NCBI GenBank assembly: GCA_031367385.1
Contig: JANLPS010000211.1
Span: 1-17,564, forward strand
From: Archangium sp.
Lineage (GTDB): Bacteria; Myxococcota; Myxococcia; Myxococcales; Myxococcaceae
DNA: 17,564 nt
Direction of reading: 5' to 3'
The notes beneath the pieces were generated by a model. It worked only from the letters and a program-made list of their open reading frames with translations. It was not told the origin of the DNA and did not search any database. This document shows, one piece after another, positions 12,758-17,564 of the stretch (within the stretch, counting starts at the first letter, position 1; each line of letters starts with the position of its first letter). Both the position numbers and the translations under genes were made by a program.

Positions 12758-14091
12758 TGGAGTTCGCCGCGTTGGGCGGTGCCTTCGCGCTGGTGATCGC
12801 GAACGCCTTTTTCGTCGCGATGGAGTTCGCGTTGGTCAAGGTGCGACCGAGCCAACTCGAAGCGATGGCCGCGGAGGACCGCTCGGGCGCGAAGTTGGCG
12901 CTCTCGATGCGCAAGAACCTCGATACCTGGCTCTCGGCGACGCAGGTCGGCATCACGTTGGCGTCGCTGGCCCTCGGCTGGGTGGGTGAGCCGGCATTTT
13001 CAGGGCTGATCGAGCCGTTGATCATGAAGGTCGCGCCGGCCAGTGAGATGGCGCAGAAGATCGCGCATACCAGCGGCATCGTCATCGCGTTCATGTTGAT
13101 TACCTTTCTGCACATCGTCGTCGGTGAGCAGGTACCGAAGACGATGGCGATCGCGCAGTCGGAGCGCACGGCCGTGACGCTGGCGTGGCCGATGAGGGCC
13201 TTTCATTGGGTCGCGTTTCCGGTGATCTGGTTGCTGAACAAGGGCACCCGCGCGGTCTTGAGGGTTTTCGGGCTTCGGCAGGCGGGCGAGCACTCCGAGG
13301 CCCTGGGTGAAGATGAGCTGCGGTTGGTGTTCACGTCGTCGGCCCAGGCTGGGGCGATTGGTGAGGCTCGCGCGGAGCTGCTCGAGCGGGCGTTGTCGAT
13401 GCTCGAGAAGACAGCACGGCAAGTGTTGGTGCCGAGATCGCAGATGAAGGTGCTCGACCTCGAGTCGACGCTCGATGAGAACATCACGGCGGCCTACACG
13501 GCCGGGCACACCTGGCTGGTGGTGATTCGCGGGTCGCTCGATCGGGTCGAGGGCCTGGTGAACGTGAAAGATTTGCTGTTTCTGCGCGCGAAGAACGAGC
13601 TCAAGTCGATTGCCCAGGTGCAGCGGCCGGTGATCTTCGTGCCTGAGAACGTGACGCTCGAGCAGCTGCTGGCTGAGTTCAAGCGGCGCAACAAGCAGGT
13701 GGCGGTCGTGGTCGATGAGCACGGCGGTACGTCGGGCATGGTGACGTTGGCCGACGTGGTCGCTGAGCTGGTCGGCAACGTCGCCGAGGTGGGTCGCAAG
13801 GTCGAGCCGGTCAAGGCGTTACCGGGGGGCAAGCTCGAGCTGCCCGGCACCGCGCAGTTAGATGACCTGGAGCACACGCTCGAGATTGAATTCGATGTCG
13901 ATAAGTCGCAGGTCACGACCATCGCTGGGTACTTGATGGCGAAGCTCGGGAGGGTGCCGAACGTCGGTGACGCCTGGGTTCATGAGCCTTTCAAGATCGT
14001 GACCGTGAAGGTCGATGGGCCTCGCGTGCAGACCGTGCGGATTGAGCCTCGGGTGCCGAGCCCTCCGAGTGCGCCCGTGAAGCCGGGGTGA
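12757..14091 (+). CDS. CNNM/DUF21 + CBS pair + CorC_HlyC protein (hemolysin family, probable Mg2+/Co2+ transport)
   Basis: Motifs NAFFVAMEFALV, QVGITLASLALGWVGEP, HIVVGEQVPK, VVDEHGGTSGMVTLADV and TTIAGYLMAKLGRVP. The start overlaps the TPR gene stop (TAATG). Confidence 0.95.
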   Translation: MEFAALGGAFALVIANAFFVAMEFALVKVRPSQLEAMAAEDRSGAKLALSMRKNLDTWLSATQVGITLASLALGWVGEPAFSGLIEPLIMKVAPASEMAQKIAHTSGIVIAFMLITFLHIVVGEQVPKTMAIAQSERTAVTLAWPMRAFHWVAFPVIWLLNKGTRAVLRVFGLRQAGEHSEALGEDELRLVFTSSAQAGAIGEARAELLERALSMLEKTARQVLVPRSQMKVLDLESTLDENITAAYTAGHTWLVVIRGSLDRVEGLVNVKDLLFLRAKNELKSIAQVQRPVIFVPENVTLEQLLAEFKRRNKQVAVVVDEHGGTSGMVTLADVVAELVGNVAEVGRKVEPVKALPGGKLELPGTAQLDDLEHTLEIEFDVDKSQVTTIAGYLMAKLGRVPNVGDAWVHEPFKIVTVKVDGPRVQTVRIEPRVPSPPSAPVKPG

Positions 14092-14092
14092 A

Positions 14093-15931
14093 TTAGCTTC
14101 CTTCGACTCCCTCGGCGGGATCTGACCGGACGATGATGCCGACGCTGCGCAAGACTTCGAGCGCGTTGGTCGTGGTGACGATGCCTTCTTTGAGGCGGTA
14201 ATCGAAGGTCATCTGGCCGTTCTCCATCAAGTCGCGAAAGTGCACGTTTCGCACATGACCGGGGCGCTCGGTGTCGAGCTCGCAGAGGGAGAGATCGTGG
14301 GTGGTGACGGCGCCGATGGCTCCGGAGTCGAGGAGGACTCGCAGGAGGTGCTTGGAGGCGATTTGCCGCTCGCGGGTGTTCGTGCCCATGAAGAGCTCGT
14401 CGAGGAGAAACAGGCACTGCGAGCGGTTCGCCTCAGCGGTATCGAGCAGCTGCTTGATGCGAGTCACTTCGGCGTAGAAATACGAGACTCCGCGTTCGAG
14501 TGAGTCTTTGACCCGCATGCTCGTCATCACTTGCATGCGAGAGACACGCATCGATAAGGCGCAGACAGGCAGCCCCGCCAGCGCCATCACGGTGTTGAGG
14601 CCCATCGCGCGCATCAGCGTGGTCTTGCCCGACATGTTCGAGCCGGTGATCACCATCGCGTCGCCAGCCGCCGCGAGCTCGACATCGTTGCGAATGGCGC
14701 TTTCGATGAGGGGGTGCGCAAGCTGCTTGGCGATCAAATGCCCAGGCCCATCGTCGATCTCAGGGAAGGGCGCGTCTGGGTTTTCAAACGAGTACCCGGC
14801 GAATGAAGAGAGCGCCTCGAGCTGCGCAAGGGCATCGAACCACGAGCGAACGCCGCGGCCATCGGCGACCCGCCAGGCTTCGATGCGAAAGAGCACGTGC
14901 AGGTCCCACAGGGTCAGGGCGTTGATGATCGGGTGCAATTGGCCCGACGCTTTGAGCTCGGCGAAGCCCATCAACCGCGCGAACCGCCGCAAACGCTCTG
15001 AGACCGATGCCGTGTCTTTGCCCTGAATGCCCGACTGCAGCGCGACCAGCCGTTGATGGGTGAATTTCTGCTCGTCGATGGCGCGAAAGGTCTCTTCGAA
15101 GCGCACCAGGCCACGTTCACCGAGGGCGAGTGACTCCCAGAGGTGGTTCAGGGGGCCCTTGGTCGCAAAGACGATCAACACCTGCAGAAAAAAGCCGATG
15201 TAAAACGGCCACGCGGGCACGACGTCGTAGGCGGTGAGCACTCCGAGCGTCAGGGTCACCGGCGGCAACACATGAGCGACCGCGAAGGCCCACCGAATCG
15301 AGCTCAACCCCGGAGTGCCCTCGGCCCACGCGATGAACTTCGATGGGTCGGCCTTGTCGTTGCCGGCCATTCGGGCCTCGGTCACGAGCGATTGGCGAAA
15401 ATCGAGCTGCGAGGCGAGCTCTTTGACCGCGCCTTGCCGGTTGCGAACGGTGTCAGCGCTGTTGGCGGCGCTGGCGAGCCACGCGACCAGCTGGGTCTGC
15501 CCCGCCTTGGTGCCGGTCTCGTCGATTCGCTGACACAGTGAGCCTTGCCCCACCACGTCGAGGTCGGCCGCGTACAAATGCCCCTCGGGAATCAGGCCGG
15601 CGCTGACTTCGGTGAATTGCCGCCACGCTCCAGACAGGCGTTGCAGGCCTCGGGTATTCAACCCCTTGAGCACCGCGGCACGCGCCTCTTCTCGAATGAC
15701 GCGGGCATGAATCACGGCCAACGCGACGAAGGCGATGACGCTGCCAAACGAGATGAAGAGCGCCCAGCGAGGGAGCTTCTGAAAGGCAACCAGCAGCAAC
15801 ACGATCGCGGCGGCCAGAAAGGTGACGGTGCGCAGGTTGGCGAGCAGCCCAGAGCGGCGATCGAGCGCGGTGAGGAGTGCCCCGTACTTCTGCTCTCGAC
15901 TCGAATACGCCTGGTGCGCCGACTCGCTCAT
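14093..15931 (-). CDS. MutS-related ATPase (domain V) with transmembrane helices
   Basis: Walker A ITGSNMSGKTT, DSLERGVSYFYAEV, Walker B LLDELFMGTN and TTHDL, plus two hydrophobic helix pairs. Start set at ATG 15931 (MSESAHQAY), with GAAGG 7 nt upstream. Confidence 0.9.
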   Translation of the reverse strand: MSESAHQAYSSREQKYGALLTALDRRSGLLANLRTVTFLAAAIVLLLVAFQKLPRWALFISFGSVIAFVALAVIHARVIREEARAAVLKGLNTRGLQRLSGAWRQFTEVSAGLIPEGHLYAADLDVVGQGSLCQRIDETGTKAGQTQLVAWLASAANSADTVRNRQGAVKELASQLDFRQSLVTEARMAGNDKADPSKFIAWAEGTPGLSSIRWAFAVAHVLPPVTLTLGVLTAYDVVPAWPFYIGFFLQVLIVFATKGPLNHLWESLALGERGLVRFEETFRAIDEQKFTHQRLVALQSGIQGKDTASVSERLRRFARLMGFAELKASGQLHPIINALTLWDLHVLFRIEAWRVADGRGVRSWFDALAQLEALSSFAGYSFENPDAPFPEIDDGPGHLIAKQLAHPLIESAIRNDVELAAAGDAMVITGSNMSGKTTLMRAMGLNTVMALAGLPVCALSMRVSRMQVMTSMRVKDSLERGVSYFYAEVTRIKQLLDTAEANRSQCLFLLDELFMGTNTRERQIASKHLLRVLLDSGAIGAVTTHDLSLCELDTERPGHVRNVHFRDLMENGQMTFDYRLKEGIVTTTNALEVLRSVGIIVRSDPAEGVEGS

Positions 15932-16001
15932 TGAGGCGCCTTCATACAGTGTTTCCAAGCGGTTGACCCTCGATCGTCGAGTGTGAGAAGTGTGTGGCCC
16001 G

Positions 16002-17564
16002 ATGCAGTGGTCCGTCTCCCCGGTGTTCATGGCCGTGAGCCTCATGCTCGCCGCGACGGTCTCGGGTTGCCGATGCGGGCAAACCGGGTCGACCACCACG
16101 TACGGTGAAATTCGAATCATTTCGCAGCAAAACGGAGTCGATGTCGGCGGTGAAGACGGTACGTACGACTTCGGCCCGGTGCCAATGGGCACGAAGGCGA
16201 CGATCAAAGTCACGGTGCAGAACGTCGGGCGCGGCACGCTGAGCCTCGATTCGCTCGCGAAGGTGAGTGGAGACGCAGTCGTTCTGGGCACCGACCTGAT
16301 TGAAGCGAACCCGTCATTCACACTGCACTTCACGCCGGTCTCGATCGGCAGCGGCGAGACGCAGACGTTCGAGCTCGACTTCACGCCAGCCGAAGTTGCA
16401 ATGATGATGCAGGTCGATCACCAGGCGGTGATCACGCTGAAGGGGTCGAACACCGACCCGCAGCTCAAGTCGAGCGCGCAGCTCACGCTCACGGGCAAAG
16501 GCATCTCGGGGCAATGCGACGTCGACCGGGTCGTCGACTTCGGCGGCGTGCCGCGAGGCGTGTTGGCCACCAGGCCGCTGGTGATTCGAAATACGCAAGC
16601 CGTCGATGTGACCGCGTTCGTGTGCGGGAAGACGAGCGACCCACGAGACTGCGTGACTCCGGAGTCGCCGACGGGAGACCAGGCCTTCAAGCTCAGCGCC
16701 GACTCACCACGAGACACGTTCATCATCGGGGCGGGGAAAAGCCGTGTCGTCTCGCTGAACTTCACGCCGACCGAGCTCAAGGCGTATTCGGCGGTGATGA
16801 CGGTGCGCGTGGCCGCCGGTTGCCCCGACCTCAAAGTGCGGCTGCGCGGCAATGGCGTGGGGCAGGTGCTCGATTGGGTGTGCGCTCCGTCGCTGACGGG
16901 CAATGCGCAGACCTGTGACTTCGGCTACGTGCCGCCGGCGCAGACTTCGAGCGCGAAGCTCACGTTCTCGAACCAGGCGTTGCGTGAGGTGCACCTCACC
17001 GGGCTCACGGTCGTCGACTCCGTGGGCCCCAGCGCGGTGTACTCGGTGAACGAGACGGCGCTGACGGTACCGGCAGGCACGCGAGACACGGTGTCAGGTG
17101 TGATCGTGCCGGGCACTGCGAGCGCGACGATTGTGTTCAAGCCGACCGCGCTCGGCGCACGACCTGCGTTCTTCAAGGCGACGAGCGATGTGAGCGGGCA
17201 GGGCGCGCTCACCGTGACGCTGCGTGGCTTTGGCGGCGGCCCGAACATCGTGGTGCGGCCAAACCCGCTCGTGTTCGGGCAGGTTGGGTACTTCGCGAAC
17301 GCGGTGCCCGCTTCGAACGCGACGAGGCGGTTGACGGTGGTGAATGCCGGCACGCGGCCTCCGGTGCCTGACCCGAAGGCGAACTTGCGGCTGGGGGTCG
17401 GTGGAGTGCCGTCGACCACGGGCCCGAAGTACTGGAAGGTGACCGCTGCCAACGCGAAGACCTCGGTCAGTGAGCTGTGTGTTGGTGCCCAGTTCGACTC
17501 GAGCGGCGTCTGTCTCGATGATCTCACCGGGTACGACCCGTCGATCGGCCTCGACGCCTCGGGC
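16002..17564 (+). CDS. Large lipoprotein with tandem Ig-like (choice-of-anchor D / ASH-like) domains, 3' truncated by the window
   Basis: Manually translated: the frame is open from ATG 16002 to the window end (521 codons, no stop). Lipobox-like MQWSVSPVFMAVSLMLAATVSG-C, then ~120-aa repeats starting YDFGPV, VDFGGV, CDFGYV and LVFGQV; the first three contain FTP/FKP and end in LxGxG. Confidence 0.88.
   Translation, partial: MQWSVSPVFMAVSLMLAATVSGCRCGQTGSTTTYGEIRIISQQNGVDVGGEDGTYDFGPVPMGTKATIKVTVQNVGRGTLSLDSLAKVSGDAVVLGTDLIEANPSFTLHFTPVSIGSGETQTFELDFTPAEVAMMMQVDHQAVITLKGSNTDPQLKSSAQLTLTGKGISGQCDVDRVVDFGGVPRGVLATRPLVIRNTQAVDVTAFVCGKTSDPRDCVTPESPTGDQAFKLSADSPRDTFIIGAGKSRVVSLNFTPTELKAYSAVMTVRVAAGCPDLKVRLRGNGVGQVLDWVCAPSLTGNAQTCDFGYVPPAQTSSAKLTFSNQALREVHLTGLTVVDSVGPSAVYSVNETALTVPAGTRDTVSGVIVPGTASATIVFKPTALGARPAFFKATSDVSGQGALTVTLRGFGGGPNIVVRPNPLVFGQVGYFANAVPASNATRRLTVVNAGTRPPVPDPKANLRLGVGGVPSTTGPKYWKVTAANAKTSVSELCVGAQFDSSGVCLDDLTGYDPSIGLDASG

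Noticed and set aside
12757..14091. Hemolysin/toxin interpretation
   Set aside because: The DUF21-CBS-CorC architecture is the CNNM/CorB-type metal transport family. The hemolysin label is historical.
15932..16384. 151-aa N-terminal extension of the MutS-like ORF
   Set aside because: It is mostly the antisense shadow of the plus-strand lipoprotein starting at 16002. ATG 15931 has an SD-like sequence and gives a sensible protein.

Overview
GC-rich bacterial chromosomal segment, most likely Myxococcota (inferred from the protein families and the RelA N-terminus). Gene order: hypothetical membrane protein(+), Zn-ribbon/double-FHA protein(-), relA/spoT(+), ridA(+), Pro-rich membrane protein(+), probable outer-membrane beta-barrel(-), PilZ protein(+), pseudo-receiver/TM/TPR protein(+), lipoprotein(+), a ~455 bp non-coding gap, ruvC-ruvA(+), CapA-family metallophosphoesterase(-), TPR protein(+), CNNM/HlyC-CorC protein(+), membrane-anchored MutS-domain-V ATPase(-), and a large Ig-like-repeat lipoprotein(+) that runs off the window and is missing from the ORF track. 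Most of it is housekeeping or lineage-typical. The main unexplained structure is an array of 72-73 bp units directly upstream of ruvC. It has four full units plus a degenerate first one. Each unit has an invariant 14-nt palindrome-containing head, 7-nt inverted ends and an exactly 20-nt variable insert. It is not a canonical CRISPR and its function is unknown. A separate ~30-nt REP-like hairpin occurs twice, with a remnant inside the MutS-like gene 3' end. Several genes look leaderless. No tRNA, rRNA, cas or transposase genes were recognised. All family assignments are by motif recognition only; no database search was run.
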